Shown: positions 1-9,419 of the stretch, one piece after another
Layout: the number at the start of each line of letters is the position of its first letter
Numbering within the stretch: the stretch's first letter is position 1
Assembly: GCA_963717505.1 (NCBI GenBank)
Contig: OY970342.1
Coordinates: 320,001-384,000, forward strand
DNA from: Candidatus Eiseniibacteriota bacterium
Lineage (GTDB): Bacteria; Eisenbacteria; RBG-16-71-46
Length of the DNA stretch: 64,000 bases
Reading direction: 5' to 3'
Notes under the pieces: generated by a model
Databases searched by the model: none
What the model was told of the DNA's origin: nothing
The model's input: the letters and a program-made list of their open reading frames with translations, nothing else
Made by a program: the position numbers and the translations under genes

Positions 1-667
1 CCTCCGGCTTGCGCCGCACCGCCTCGGGAAATTCGCGGCGGCCGACGGCGAAGATGCCGCCGGTGCGCCGGATCTCGTCTTCCTTTGGCGTCAGCGCCAC
101 CGGCTCGTAGGTCTTGCCGCGCGTCGTGTTGGTCAGCCGCCGGCTCACCGGATCGAACTCGAACGCGTCGCCCTCTTGCGCGTCGGCCACGGCCTCGGGG
201 CTCTGAACGACCTGGAGCCCGAGATTGAGCGCGTTGCGTCGAAAAATGTCGCCCATGTTGTTGCCGCACACCACGACCATCTCGAGGCCGGCCTCTTCGG
301 CGACACCTTTAAGCCCGGCCGGGCTCATCTCGCGCGAGCTGCCGATCGCGAACCGGTCGCCCGCGATCAGGAACGACTCGCCGCGGTGGACGCGGGCGCG
401 AAAGTCGGGCATCAGGTGGCGGAACGAGCCGGCTTTCCAGCGTTCGTCCAACGTTTCCAGGCTCTCGGACACGCAGTCGGAGGCTGGCGTGATCTGGTCG
501 GTGTCGATCGCGTCGAGTTTGTGGCCGGGGCGCTTGGGGTCCCAGAAGATCAGAGCCTTGCCGCGCAGGATGCGCGTCGAACCTGCGGCAGCGGGTCCGG
601 CGGACTGCGCGGAGGGGGCGTCGAGAACGGCACCGGGCTTCACGCGGGCGGGCTGGATGGTGTGCAT
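1..667 (-). CDS. Aconitase-family protein with N-terminal swivel (LeuD-like) domain; runs off the left edge
   Basis: Manual translation from ATG 667 (absent from the ORF track because it is truncated): MHTIQPARV...DAIDTDQITP...FAIGSSREMSP...DIFRRNALNLGL. These are DTDQI, GSSRE and IFxRN swivel motifs; the frame stays open to base 1. Confidence 0.85.
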   Translation of the reverse strand, partial: MHTIQPARVKPGAVLDAPSAQSAGPAAAGSTRILRGKALIFWDPKRPGHKLDAIDTDQITPASDCVSESLETLDERWKAGSFRHLMPDFRARVHRGESFLIAGDRFAIGSSREMSPAGLKGVAEEAGLEMVVVCGNNMGDIFRRNALNLGLQVVQSPEAVADAQEGDAFEFDPVSRRLTNTTRGKTYEPVALTPKEDEIRRTGGIFAVGRREFPEAVRRKPE

Positions 668-748
668 GGGCCCCGCGATCCTACGCGTTCCCGCACGCTC
701 GGCAAACTCGGGAGGACGGGGCCGTAACGGCGCCCGCCCCGCGGGAAT

Positions 749-1261
749 CTAGTTCCGGGGTAGGTCCCGGACCGCGACCGGCTGCGGCGAGGGCGCGAGC
801 AGACGCACCGCGCGCACCTGGGACTTGTTCACCAGCGCCGCGCCCTGGGTGGCGCGCATCGGGAAGAAGTCGTCGGGCAGGTTCAGGAAGTCCGAGACCC
901 GGTTCATGCCTTCGGGCTGCTCCATCTGCACCAGGCCGACCATGGTGCGGCCGTCCCGGAACGTGATGTGCACGGTTTCCTCGTTAGTCACCAAGTAGTT
1001 CGGCGGACAGACCAGCTCGGGTTTGACCTCGCGCGTGGCCATGACCCAGTTGACGTCGAGGCGGTTGAGCAGCACCACCTCGGATCGCTCGGGCACCACC
1101 AGCGGCACGATCCGGCTGCCGGAGTTCAACAGCTCGAACAGGGTCTCCGGGCCGAGATGATCGCGCGACTGGGGCAGCAGCCAGCAGTGGCCGGGCTGCG
1201 ATTCCTCGCCTGACATGCAGACGCTGATCTCGACCGCGATCTTCTCGATGTACTCGAACAT
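749..1261 (-). CDS. Hypothetical protein with two DUF6812-like repeats
   Basis: C-terminal part of ORF 749..2377 from MFEYIEK. Motifs RVSDFLN..DDFFP and LVNK; the upstream part of that ORF is the antisense shadow of pilT. Confidence 0.65.
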   Translation of the reverse strand: MFEYIEKIAVEISVCMSGEESQPGHCWLLPQSRDHLGPETLFELLNSGSRIVPLVVPERSEVVLLNRLDVNWVMATREVKPELVCPPNYLVTNEETVHITFRDGRTMVGLVQMEQPEGMNRVSDFLNLPDDFFPMRATQGAALVNKSQVRAVRLLAPSPQPVAVRDLPRN

Positions 1262-1360
1262 GCGCTCGCCTCCGGGTTCGGTCCGGGTATCGGTCCTCGA
1301 GGGCGGCGTCTTGAGCGGACTCCAGATTTCGCCGAGTCCGGCCGAAAACTCAGGCACGCC

Positions 1361-2437
1361 ATGGCACGCATCGACGCGATCCTCAAGCTGGTCAAGGACC
1401 AGGGTGCTTCGGATCTCCATCTGAGCGCCGGGGCTCCGCCCATGGTCCGGATCCACGGCGAGATCACTCCGATCCCGTACGAGCAGCTGACCGCCGAGGT
1501 CTGCGAGCTGCTGATGTTCGAGATCATGGACGCGCAGGTGCGAGCGCGTTACGAGCAGAATCGCGACGTGGACTTCTCGTACGAAGTCCCCGGCGTGATC
1601 CGGGTGCGTTGCAACGTGTACGAGCAGCACAAGGGGGTTTCGGGCGCATTCCGTTTGCTCCCCGGAGCGGTCCCGACCTTCGAGGACCTGGGCCTGCCGA
1701 CTTCGCTCGCGCGCCTGACCGAGTTGCCGCGCGGCCTGGTGATCGTCACCGGCCCCCCCGGCACCGGAAAGTCGAGCACGCTCGCGGCGATGATCGACCA
1801 CATCAACCGCACGCACCGGAAGCACATCCTGACCATCGAGGACCCGATCGAGTTCCGCCACATCAACCACCAGTCGCTGGTCACCCAGCGCGAGATCGGG
1901 CGCAACACGCCGAGCTTCGTCCAGGCGCTGCATGGCGCCCTGCGCGAGGACCCGGACGTGATCATGGTCGGCGAGATGCGGGACGCCGAGACCATGTCGC
2001 TGGCGCTGACCGCGGCGGCCACCGGCCAGCTCGTGTTCGGCACGCTGCACACGATGAGCGCGATGCAGACGGTCGACCGCATCCTCGACTCGTTCGACGG
2101 CGAACGGCAGATGCAGGTGCGTCTGATGCTCTCCGAGTCGCTGCGCTGCGTGCTCGCCCAGCGCCTGCTCAAGCGGCGCGACGGCAGCGGCCGTGCGCTG
2201 GCGCTCGAGATCCTCATGGGCACCCAAGCGGTGTCGGCGCTGATTCGCGAGCGGAAGACGTTCCAGCTCTCGTCGGTGGTTCAAACCGGGCGCAAGGAAG
2301 GCATGCAGACCATGGACGAATCGGTCATGAACCTGGTCCGCACCGGAGTCGTGTCGCCCGAGATGGCGGCGGCGCACGTGACCAACCGCGACTTGCTGCG
2401 CGCCGCGCCCGGCGACGCTGGCCTGATGGCCGCATGA
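1361..2437 (+). CDS. pilT: Type IV pilus retraction ATPase PilT/PilU family
   Basis: GASDLHL, Walker A GPPGTGKS, TIEDPIE, LREDPDVIMVGEMRD, GTLHT, GMQTMD. Confidence 0.93.
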   Translation: MARIDAILKLVKDQGASDLHLSAGAPPMVRIHGEITPIPYEQLTAEVCELLMFEIMDAQVRARYEQNRDVDFSYEVPGVIRVRCNVYEQHKGVSGAFRLLPGAVPTFEDLGLPTSLARLTELPRGLVIVTGPPGTGKSSTLAAMIDHINRTHRKHILTIEDPIEFRHINHQSLVTQREIGRNTPSFVQALHGALREDPDVIMVGEMRDAETMSLALTAAATGQLVFGTLHTMSAMQTVDRILDSFDGERQMQVRLMLSESLRCVLAQRLLKRRDGSGRALALEILMGTQAVSALIRERKTFQLSSVVQTGRKEGMQTMDESVMNLVRTGVVSPEMAAAHVTNRDLLRAAPGDAGLMAA

Positions 2438-3732
2438 CCTCGATGGCCACGCGCGCGGGCTCTTTCAGCGGCGAGCTGGGCGTCGTCGGCCTGTTCGACC
2501 TGGGCCACCTGCTGATGCTCAATCGCGCGAGCGGCACACTGACCGTCACCGCGGAGGGCCGCCGCTCGACGCTTTCGATTCGCGAGGGCAAGCTGGTGAA
2601 CGCGGTCGACGACCGGCGCAAGCAGGGTCTGGACGCCGCCTATCGGGTGTTCATGATCCGCGCCGGAATGTTCGAATTCCGCCCGGGCAAGCCCGCGGGC
2701 GAAGAAGCGATCGACGCAAGCATCGAGGCCATCATGCTCGAGGCTGCGCGCCGCATGGACGAGGAATCTGGCGACACCGGCGCGACGCGCCTGCTGCTGG
2801 TGCGCCAGACCCAGTTCGACGCCCTGCGCGACGAGTTCCATCGCGTGACCAGCGAGGCCGTCTCCGAAGCGCGCCGCGCGCCGTCGTGGAGCGATCCCTG
2901 GCTCGATTCGCTGCAGGTGATGGAGGATCGTCTGCTGTTCCGGCCCGAGGCGGAGCCACGGCTGTTCCGTCAAGGCCGTTGGGATCCACCGCAGGCGGAG
3001 GAAGCACCGCTCGATGTTCAGGCCTACGAAGAGCTACGCGTCAGCCTGATGTCCGGCGTCGCGCTCGAAAATCTGGCGGAGGACGTGAGGCGCCGCGTGG
3101 TCAGTCATCGCGGCAGGCGCTACGGCATCACCTGGATCAGCGGCCTGAACGAAGCCATGTGGGTGAGCCTCGCCGACGTCGATGCCGGCGTGGTGGCCGG
3201 CAAGTGGGAAGCGTTGGACGCGGTGCTCGACGAACCATCGGCAACCATCTTTGCCGCCGCGCCGACGCTGGACGAAGCCAATCGGCTGCTGCGGATGCTG
3301 GTCGCGCGCGTCGCTTCGCGTCGCGGCACGACGCTGGTGGTGATCACCGAGGATGCCTCGATGGCCGACGACAAGGGCACCGGCCTCGTGCTCGCCGTGA
3401 GCGCCGCCGAATCGGAGCGTGTGATTCGCGCCGCGCGCCCGGGAATCGTGGCGTTGGATGCCGCGTGCCCGCTGGGTGCGGTGATCCTGCCGGCACTGTC
3501 GGCAGCACCGTTCGTGCTCGCGGGTGTCGTGGCCCCGACCCCTGAAGCCGTGATTGCCCGCTGGCTCGTGCGCTTTCCGTCGGCCGAGCTGCCGCGTGCG
3601 ACGACGCTTGTGTCGTCGGCGCCCGCGGCCGTGATGATGGCCAGCCGAGCGGCCGGCACCAGTGCGCTGTCGTTCACCGTGCACCGCGTGACGCCGCCGA
3701 CCGGGGCGCTGTCGATCGATCTCGTTCGATAG
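2434..3732 (+). CDS. DUF4388 domain protein with a C-terminal degenerate PilT-like ATPase region
   Basis: ATGA overlap with the pilT stop. N-terminus [26 protein letters not shown]...[11 protein letters not shown] is DUF4388-like; later VVITED and [11 protein letters not shown] resemble PilT boxes. Confidence 0.7.
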   Translation: MTSMATRAGSFSGELGVVGLFDLGHLLMLNRASGTLTVTAEGRRSTLSIREGKLVNAVDDRRKQGLDAAYRVFMIRAGMFEFRPGKPAGEEAIDASIEAIMLEAARRMDEESGDTGATRLLLVRQTQFDALRDEFHRVTSEAVSEARRAPSWSDPWLDSLQVMEDRLLFRPEAEPRLFRQGRWDPPQAEEAPLDVQAYEELRVSLMSGVALENLAEDVRRRVVSHRGRRYGITWISGLNEAMWVSLADVDAGVVAGKWEALDAVLDEPSATIFAAAPTLDEANRLLRMLVARVASRRGTTLVVITEDASMADDKGTGLVLAVSAAESERVIRAARPGIVALDAACPLGAVILPALSAAPFVLAGVVAPTPEAVIARWLVRFPSAELPRATTLVSSAPAAVMMASRAAGTSALSFTVHRVTPPTGALSIDLVR

Positions 3733-3854
3733 GAACCAACTTTCGCCGCATCGGAGTGCGGCAATCGGTCGCGTGTTCGTGCCGCCCTGACGATCTCCTG
3801 ACGTTGGACGAGCCGCGAAGCCTTTTGCGGGCACTCTGCATCCAATGCGGCGCC

Positions 3855-4871
3855 ATGCCCGATCAGGAACGTGTACCAGAAGGGCTGAACTCCGACGCCC
3901 ACAGCACTGACGCCGAGCTGCTCGACGCTTACTCGCGCGCCGTGACCTCGGCGGTGGACCTTGTCGGACCCGCGGTGGTCCGGATCGAGGTCGAGCACGG
4001 CTCTTCCCCCGGCCAGATTTCCCTACCTGGGCGCCGTCGCGGCGGCAGCGGCTCCGGGTTCGTGTTCACCCACGACGGCCTGGTGCTGACCAACAGCCAC
4101 GTGGTCCATGGCGCAACCGCGATCCGGGTGATCCTGCAGGACGGCCGCGAGTTGGCGGCCGACCTTGTGGGTGACGATCCCGACACTGACCTCGCGATCG
4201 TGCGGGTCACGGCACCGGACCTGGTGCCCGCGACACTCGGCGACTCGAGCGCCTTGAAGCCCGGCCAGCTGGTGATCGCGATCGGCAATCCCTTTGGCTT
4301 CCAGACCTCGGTGACCGCCGGCGTGGTCAGCGCGCTCGGGCGCACGCTGCGCTCGCGCTCGGGCCGGCTGATGGACAACATCATCCAGACCGACGCGGCG
4401 CTGAACCCCGGCAACTCGGGCGGGCCGCTGGTCAGCTCGCGCGGCGAGGTGATCGGCGTCAACACCGCGGTGATCCTGCCGGCGCAGAACCTGTGCTTCG
4501 CGATTCCCTCGAACACCGCGATCCAGGTGGCGACGCTGCTGATTCGCTCGGGGCGCATCCGCCGCGCGTACCTCGGAATCGGCGGTCAGCACGTGCATCT
4601 CCATCCGCGCATCCTGCGCGCCTACGGCATCGGATCGCAGGACGCGCTCATGGTGGTCCAGGTCGAGCCCGGCAGCCCGGCTCAGGCAGCGGGCTTGAGG
4701 GACGGCGACATCGTCGTGGCCTTCGAGGACCAGCCGATCGAGTCGGTCGACGACATGCACCGCCTGCTCTCCGAGGAGCGGATCGGCGCGCGGTCGCGCC
4801 TGACGGTGCTCCGGCGCGGGCAGAAGCTCGATATCGAGGTCGTGCCGGCCGAGTCGTCGCCGCGCGACTAG
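3855..4871 (+). CDS. HtrA/DegP-like trypsin serine protease with PDZ domain
   Basis: [32 protein letters not shown]-terminal PDZ ([13 protein letters not shown]). Confidence 0.92.
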   Translation: MPDQERVPEGLNSDAHSTDAELLDAYSRAVTSAVDLVGPAVVRIEVEHGSSPGQISLPGRRRGGSGSGFVFTHDGLVLTNSHVVHGATAIRVILQDGRELAADLVGDDPDTDLAIVRVTAPDLVPATLGDSSALKPGQLVIAIGNPFGFQTSVTAGVVSALGRTLRSRSGRLMDNIIQTDAALNPGNSGGPLVSSRGEVIGVNTAVILPAQNLCFAIPSNTAIQVATLLIRSGRIRRAYLGIGGQHVHLHPRILRAYGIGSQDALMVVQVEPGSPAQAAGLRDGDIVVAFEDQPIESVDDMHRLLSEERIGARSRLTVLRRGQKLDIEVVPAESSPRD

Positions 4872-4971
4872 GGCGAAATCGCGCAGCCGCCCCCGCCGTG
4901 CACCAAGGCCGGGTCCAGTGCTCGACCGACGCGGCCGATAACTCTCGGAACGCCAACCCCGGGAGACCATC

Positions 4972-5355
4972 GTGCCTGATTGGATCTGGATCGCCATCGC
5001 TGCCACCGTCATCATCGACGTCGTGGTGATCACGCTGGTCCTGCGGCAGAAACTCGGGAACTCCGGGGTCGACTTTGCGCGCCTCGCCCAGCTCACCAAG
5101 CTGATCCACGAGGCGGTCGGCGAGCACATGCGGGCCAATTACAGCGGCAACGTCAGCCAGCTGCCGTCAGCGCTCGAGGGCCTGATGCCGGTGGTCGAGA
5201 GTGTCATCCACCACGGCGGCCACAAGCTCGACGACGACACGCTGCGGCTCCTGGTGGTGACCTCGGTGACCTCGCACCGGCTCGCCCCGCGGACCGACGT
5301 CCAGCGGGCGATGGAGCAGGTGCCGCGGCGCAACTCGCTCGAGCGAGCGGCATAG
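4972..5355 (+). CDS. Hypothetical protein with N-terminal membrane anchor
   Basis: Hydrophobic WIWIAIAATVIIDVVVITLVL, GGAG upstream, typical codon usage. Confidence 0.7.
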   Translation: MPDWIWIAIAATVIIDVVVITLVLRQKLGNSGVDFARLAQLTKLIHEAVGEHMRANYSGNVSQLPSALEGLMPVVESVIHHGGHKLDDDTLRLLVVTSVTSHRLAPRTDVQRAMEQVPRRNSLERAA

Positions 5356-5371
5356 CTCCGACCCGTGGCCA

Positions 5372-5410
5372 ACTGTCCGCACGGACAGTAGGTGTCCCCG
5401 GGGACACCTA
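5372..5410. repeat. Two adjacent palindromes sharing the core TGTCC-N4-GGACA (operator-like or REP-like)
   Basis: ACTGTCCG-CA-CGGACAGT (5372-5389) and the perfect palindrome TAGGTGTCCCCGGGGACACCTA (5389-5410). Confidence 0.75.
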
Positions 5411-5482
5411 GTTCGTTGATCCCACTGCCGGCGGCTCCCCTCCTTTGTCGGACCTGGGCGCGAGTGCGATTGTTCAGGGGCG

Positions 5483-6637
5483 ATGAGCCCCGCCAAGATC
5501 GACTCCGCCGCCACGACGCGCAGCACGCCCAGCGCGCCCGCCGATCGCCTGCTCGCCGCTGAACAGATCGTCACCAGCCCCGAGACCCGGCTCAGCTACC
5601 GGATCGAGCGTTTCCTCGGCCAGGGCGGGTTCGGCCAGGTCTACCTGGCGCGCCGCCTCGGCCGATCTTCCAAGATCGCCGAAACCGTGTGCATCAAGAT
5701 CAGCGTGCACATCGACGGCTGGCTGCGCGAAGCCTACTTCGGACAGCTCCTCGACGATCACCCGCGGGCGATCCGCGTGTTCGACACGTTCCCCCTGCTG
5801 ACCGCCGACGGCCAGGTGCGCTATTGCCTGGCGCTCGAGTACGCGCGCCATGGCGACCTGCGCATGTACCTGCGCCGCGCCGGCAAGGGCTGGCCCGAGC
5901 GCACCGTGCGCCGCGAGATCGCTGGCATTCTCGAAGTGCTGGGCAAGCTGCATCGAGGCCAGATGCTCCACCGCGACCTCACACCGCTCAACGTGTTCGT
6001 GTGCGAGGGGCCGACCCTCAAGCTCGGGGACTTCGGTATCGTCCGCCAGCAGAGCGACCGCCGCGGAATCACCGCGCGCACGCTGAATCCGTTCACCGCG
6101 CCGAGCGACATCCTGGCGGGTGCGGTGCCCAAGTGGCAGGCGCGCGACGACGTCTATCAAGTCGGGCAGTTGCTGGGCATGCTGGTCAAAGGCGATGCCG
6201 ACGCCCGGATTCGCCAAGGCGAGATCCGCCGCCTCGCGTGCACCGACCACCTGAAGGAGATCGTCTACCGGTGCATCGGCGAGCGGCGCAAGCGCTACGA
6301 GAGCGCCGACGAGCTGATCGATGCCCTGCGCAATCCGCCGGCGCCGCTCAAGATCGGCGTGCTCCGGTCGCTCAAGGGCGTCCACCTGGCGTTCACCGGT
6401 ACGCTCAGCAAACCCCGCATCGTGGCGGCGCGCGCCGCGCGCCGGGCGGGCGCCATCGTTCACGGCGCGCCGTCCGCGCAGACGACGGTGGTGGTGCGCG
6501 GGCGGCCGAACGCGCTCCAGGCCGCCGGCAAGGACGCGGGGCTCAAGCTGATGGAGATCAAGCGCCTGCGCGAGAAAGGGCACAAGATTACGCTGCTCAA
6601 CGACGCCCAGTTCTGGCGGCTGGTGCGCAAACGCTGA
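5483..6637 (+). CDS. Hanks-type Ser/Thr protein kinase with C-terminal BRCT domain
   Basis: LGQGGFGQVY, VCIK, HRDLTPLN, DFG, DVYQVG. C-terminal GVHLAFTGTL...GAIVHGAPSAQTTVVVRG...K...LLNDAQFWRLV is BRCT-like. Confidence 0.88.
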   Translation: MSPAKIDSAATTRSTPSAPADRLLAAEQIVTSPETRLSYRIERFLGQGGFGQVYLARRLGRSSKIAETVCIKISVHIDGWLREAYFGQLLDDHPRAIRVFDTFPLLTADGQVRYCLALEYARHGDLRMYLRRAGKGWPERTVRREIAGILEVLGKLHRGQMLHRDLTPLNVFVCEGPTLKLGDFGIVRQQSDRRGITARTLNPFTAPSDILAGAVPKWQARDDVYQVGQLLGMLVKGDADARIRQGEIRRLACTDHLKEIVYRCIGERRKRYESADELIDALRNPPAPLKIGVLRSLKGVHLAFTGTLSKPRIVAARAARRAGAIVHGAPSAQTTVVVRGRPNALQAAGKDAGLKLMEIKRLREKGHKITLLNDAQFWRLVRKR

Positions 6638-6656
6638 AAGCTGTTTGGCGAGCGAC

Positions 6657-7016
6657 CTAGCTCCGAGTTCGGGCCGACCTCGGATTACGCGCCGCGATTG
6701 CATACGCGTCGAAATATCTTTGCAGGGAGATCTCAGTTGAGCCGTACTCGTTCGAGCCATGAAGAAAGTCCACGACGACTTCCCGAGCCCGGGCGATTTC
6801 GCGGAGGCGGGCGACGGAGCCGCGAAGCCGCGGATCCGTAAGTGTCAGATCCAGGAGCTCCAAAGCTCGTTCCAGCGCGCCCTCGGCCAGACGCTCATTC
6901 CGCCCTTTCCACCGCGATGCCCGGCTCACTTCGCTGCCGATGTTGCCAAGCTGCTCGAAGAGCGTCAGTTCATGCCACCGACCCGCGGCCAGATCACGAT
7001 GACGAGCGCCGCTCAT
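6657..7016 (-). CDS. Conserved helical hypothetical protein, usual partner of DUF5674
   Basis: GRWHELTLFEQLGNIGSEVSRA...ERALELLDLT...REIARARE; ATGA overlap with the upstream gene. Confidence 0.75.
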   Translation of the reverse strand: MSGARHRDLAAGRWHELTLFEQLGNIGSEVSRASRWKGRNERLAEGALERALELLDLTLTDPRLRGSVARLREIARAREVVVDFLHGSNEYGSTEISLQRYFDAYAIAARNPRSARTRS

Positions 7017-7360
7017 CGCTGCACGAGGCGCCGGACCAGTTCTACAATGCGGTTCCGAGTCGCCGCATCGTCTACGGCTCGAGAGCGATTCCCGAGCGAT
7101 GGCCGCAGGTTGATCATCGAGTCGAACTCGAGCCACTCCTCCTCGGGAAGGTCGGGATACAGGTTGATGCCCCAGAGATCCTGCTGACGAGACCCGTCCG
7201 CGAGGAACATCGCTTCCTCGTCAGAATGCATTTCGGCATCTACCAGCATGATCCCCTGCTCCACGTCGACCACGGCCTTCACGAGTTCCCCGAAACCAGC
7301 GACTGCCATCTCTCTGAGTTCCGCCAGGGATATCGGGGTCTGCAAAGTCACTTTTTTCAT
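7013..7360 (-). CDS. DUF5674 family protein
   Basis: VKAVVDV...DAEMHSDEE...GSRQQDLWGINLYP...EFDSMINLRPS.GNRSR. Confidence 0.8.
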   Translation of the reverse strand: MKKVTLQTPISLAELREMAVAGFGELVKAVVDVEQGIMLVDAEMHSDEEAMFLADGSRQQDLWGINLYPDLPEEEWLEFDSMINLRPSLGNRSRAVDDAATRNRIVELVRRLVQR

Positions 7361-7425
7361 TGGCAGTCTCGTTCAGGGGCGGGTCCGGAGAGCTGGAGCG
7401 GCAACAGGTAGGGACGTTGTGGCCC

Positions 7426-8868
7426 TTACGCCCCCGGCGGCACCTTGGTGTGCCAGTCGGTCCGCTCCTGGTAGATCCGTCCGAGGTCGACCAGATCGCG
7501 CTCCGAGAGTGCCGCGCCCATGAACGTGATCGACGTCGGCAGGTCGTTCTCACCGAAGCCGTTGGGCATACACAGCGCCGGCAGGCCGCACAGGTTTGCG
7601 GCCGGAATCAGCGGCGGCCCGCCCATGATGCCCGGGTAGGAGTCCTCGAAGTTCTTGTCGATCGGGTAGGCGACCGTGGCGCGTGTCGGTGACGCGATGA
7701 CGTCGAAACGATCGAACAACGCCGACACCGCGCGCTTCATCGGCGCGCGCAGACGCATGGCCTGCAGGTAGTCCACGGCCGGAATCAGCGTCGCGGCGTA
7801 GCCGCCGTGCCGGTCGCGCGGGCAGCGCAGCTCTTTCACCTTGCCGGCCTCGATCAGGTCAATGAACGCGGCCGCACCCTCGGCGCCGACGATCGCGCCG
7901 ATCGACGGGCCCCACGGGAACTCGGGCCACTCGACGTCGCGGGTCACGACTACCCGATCGCCCAGCACTTCGAGCGACTTCTCGAAGTTGTCGCGCACCT
8001 CGGGCTGCACCTTCTCGGTCACGCCCTTGGGGACGCCGACTCGGAACTTGCGCCCAGACGACATCGGGTCGGCGTGCTGGTAGGTGCCCTCGAGGCTGCT
8101 GGCGTCGTGCGGGTCCCTGCCCGCGATCGCGCCGAGCACAATGCTGCAGCAGTCGGCGCTACGCGCCATCGGCCCCAACTTGTCGAGCGTCCAGGAGAGC
8201 GCCATCGCACCGTGACGGCTGACCAGCCCGTAGGTCGGCCGCAGCCCGGTGACGCCCGAGTAGGCGCACGGTGTCAGGATCGAGCCCGACGTCTCGGAGC
8301 CGATCGCAAACGGCACGAGCCCCGCGGCCACCGCCGAGCCGGGACCACTCGACGAGCCGCCACTCCAGAACTTGTCGTTCCACGGCGTGATTCCAGGGCC
8401 GGTGAACGAGGCGTCGGCGTGGTTGTAGCCCATGCCGCCCGCCAGCTCGACCATCGCCAGTTTGGCGACCAGCACCGCGCCGGCCTCGCGCAGGCGGGTG
8501 ACCACCGTCGCGTCGTAGTCGAATACCTGCTTGCGATAGGGCGTCGCGCCCCACGTGGTCGGCACGCCCTTGGTCGCCACCAAATCCTTCGCGCCGTAGG
8601 GAATCCCGTGCAACGGACCCCGCCAGCGACCGGCCTTGATCTCCTTGGCAGCGGCGTTGGCCTCGCGACGCGCCGAGTCGGCCATCATGGTGACCACCGC
8701 GTTGTAGCGATCGCCGAGTCGGCGCAGGCGCTCGAGCGACAGCTCGGTGAGCGCGACCGGCGAGAGCTTCTGGTCGCGGATCTGCTGCGACAACTCGCGC
8801 AGCGTGAGGAACGTGTTCGCCGAGGCGGAAGCCTTGGCGGCGCCGGTCGCGGCCTTGGCCGGGCTCAT
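7426..8868 (-). CDS. Amidase-signature family enzyme (GatA/AtzE-like)
   Basis: GPLHGIPYGAKD, SGGSSSG, GSETSGSI, GLRPTYGLVSR. Confidence 0.92.
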   Translation of the reverse strand: MSPAKAATGAAKASASANTFLTLRELSQQIRDQKLSPVALTELSLERLRRLGDRYNAVVTMMADSARREANAAAKEIKAGRWRGPLHGIPYGAKDLVATKGVPTTWGATPYRKQVFDYDATVVTRLREAGAVLVAKLAMVELAGGMGYNHADASFTGPGITPWNDKFWSGGSSSGPGSAVAAGLVPFAIGSETSGSILTPCAYSGVTGLRPTYGLVSRHGAMALSWTLDKLGPMARSADCCSIVLGAIAGRDPHDASSLEGTYQHADPMSSGRKFRVGVPKGVTEKVQPEVRDNFEKSLEVLGDRVVVTRDVEWPEFPWGPSIGAIVGAEGAAAFIDLIEAGKVKELRCPRDRHGGYAATLIPAVDYLQAMRLRAPMKRAVSALFDRFDVIASPTRATVAYPIDKNFEDSYPGIMGGPPLIPAANLCGLPALCMPNGFGENDLPTSITFMGAALSERDLVDLGRIYQERTDWHTKVPPGA

Positions 8869-9254
8869 GCGCGGAACACCGTGTCCGGCTCGTCGCTGTT
8901 CAGAAGCTTGGCCTCGCGCAGCGCCTTCCCGGCGCGCAGCCGGCCCTGCAGGTCACGCTCGAGGGTGGCGAGCTGCTCGGCGCTCAGGTGCTTGCCGTAG
9001 CGTCGCTCGAGGATTCCCACAAGCGCCTTGGCGTCAGCCGCGATCTCGGGCGGAACTTCCGGTTGGGCCGGAGCCGCCGGTGCCGGCGGGGTGACCTTCG
9101 CGGTGTCGGGCTTTGCCGCGGTCTGGGCCAGGGCGATCTGGACTCCGCCCATCGCGGTCGTTGCGCTGGCCAGGGCGGCGAGCTTCAAGAATCGGCGACG
9201 CTCACGCGAGAGCGTTGTGCGCTGGGCGCCGGTGCGGCTGCGGGAACGCGGCAT
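8865..9254 (-). CDS. Small Tat-signal protein, GatC/AtzG-like amidase partner
   Basis: Twin-arginine motif SRERRRFLK, hydrophobic stretch, ALA cleavage site, C-terminal LNSDEPDTVFRA; ATGA overlap with the amidase. Confidence 0.7.
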   Translation of the reverse strand: MPRSRSRTGAQRTTLSRERRRFLKLAALASATTAMGGVQIALAQTAAKPDTAKVTPPAPAAPAQPEVPPEIAADAKALVGILERRYGKHLSAEQLATLERDLQGRLRAGKALREAKLLNSDEPDTVFRA

Positions 9255-9419
9255 GGCGGGAAATGTCGCGCAATCGCGACCCGCCGGCAAATGACAGCGC
9301 CGCGGGTTCCCCGCGGCGCGTCGTCTCGGCGTTCGGTTTATGGGGGGCCGGGTGGCTCCCACCCCCAGCGGGTGGCGCGTCACGCGCGTCGCTCGCGGGC
9401 GGTTCGGCGTCCGGTGACG

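Noticed and set aside
1609-2433. N-terminal extension of the 707-aa ORF 1609..3732
   Set aside because: It overlaps pilT in another frame; the plausible start is ATG 2434 at the ATGA junction.
7426-8868. Calling the amidase gatA
   Set aside because: No gatB is adjacent and the partner carries a Tat signal, so a generic amidase is the safer call.
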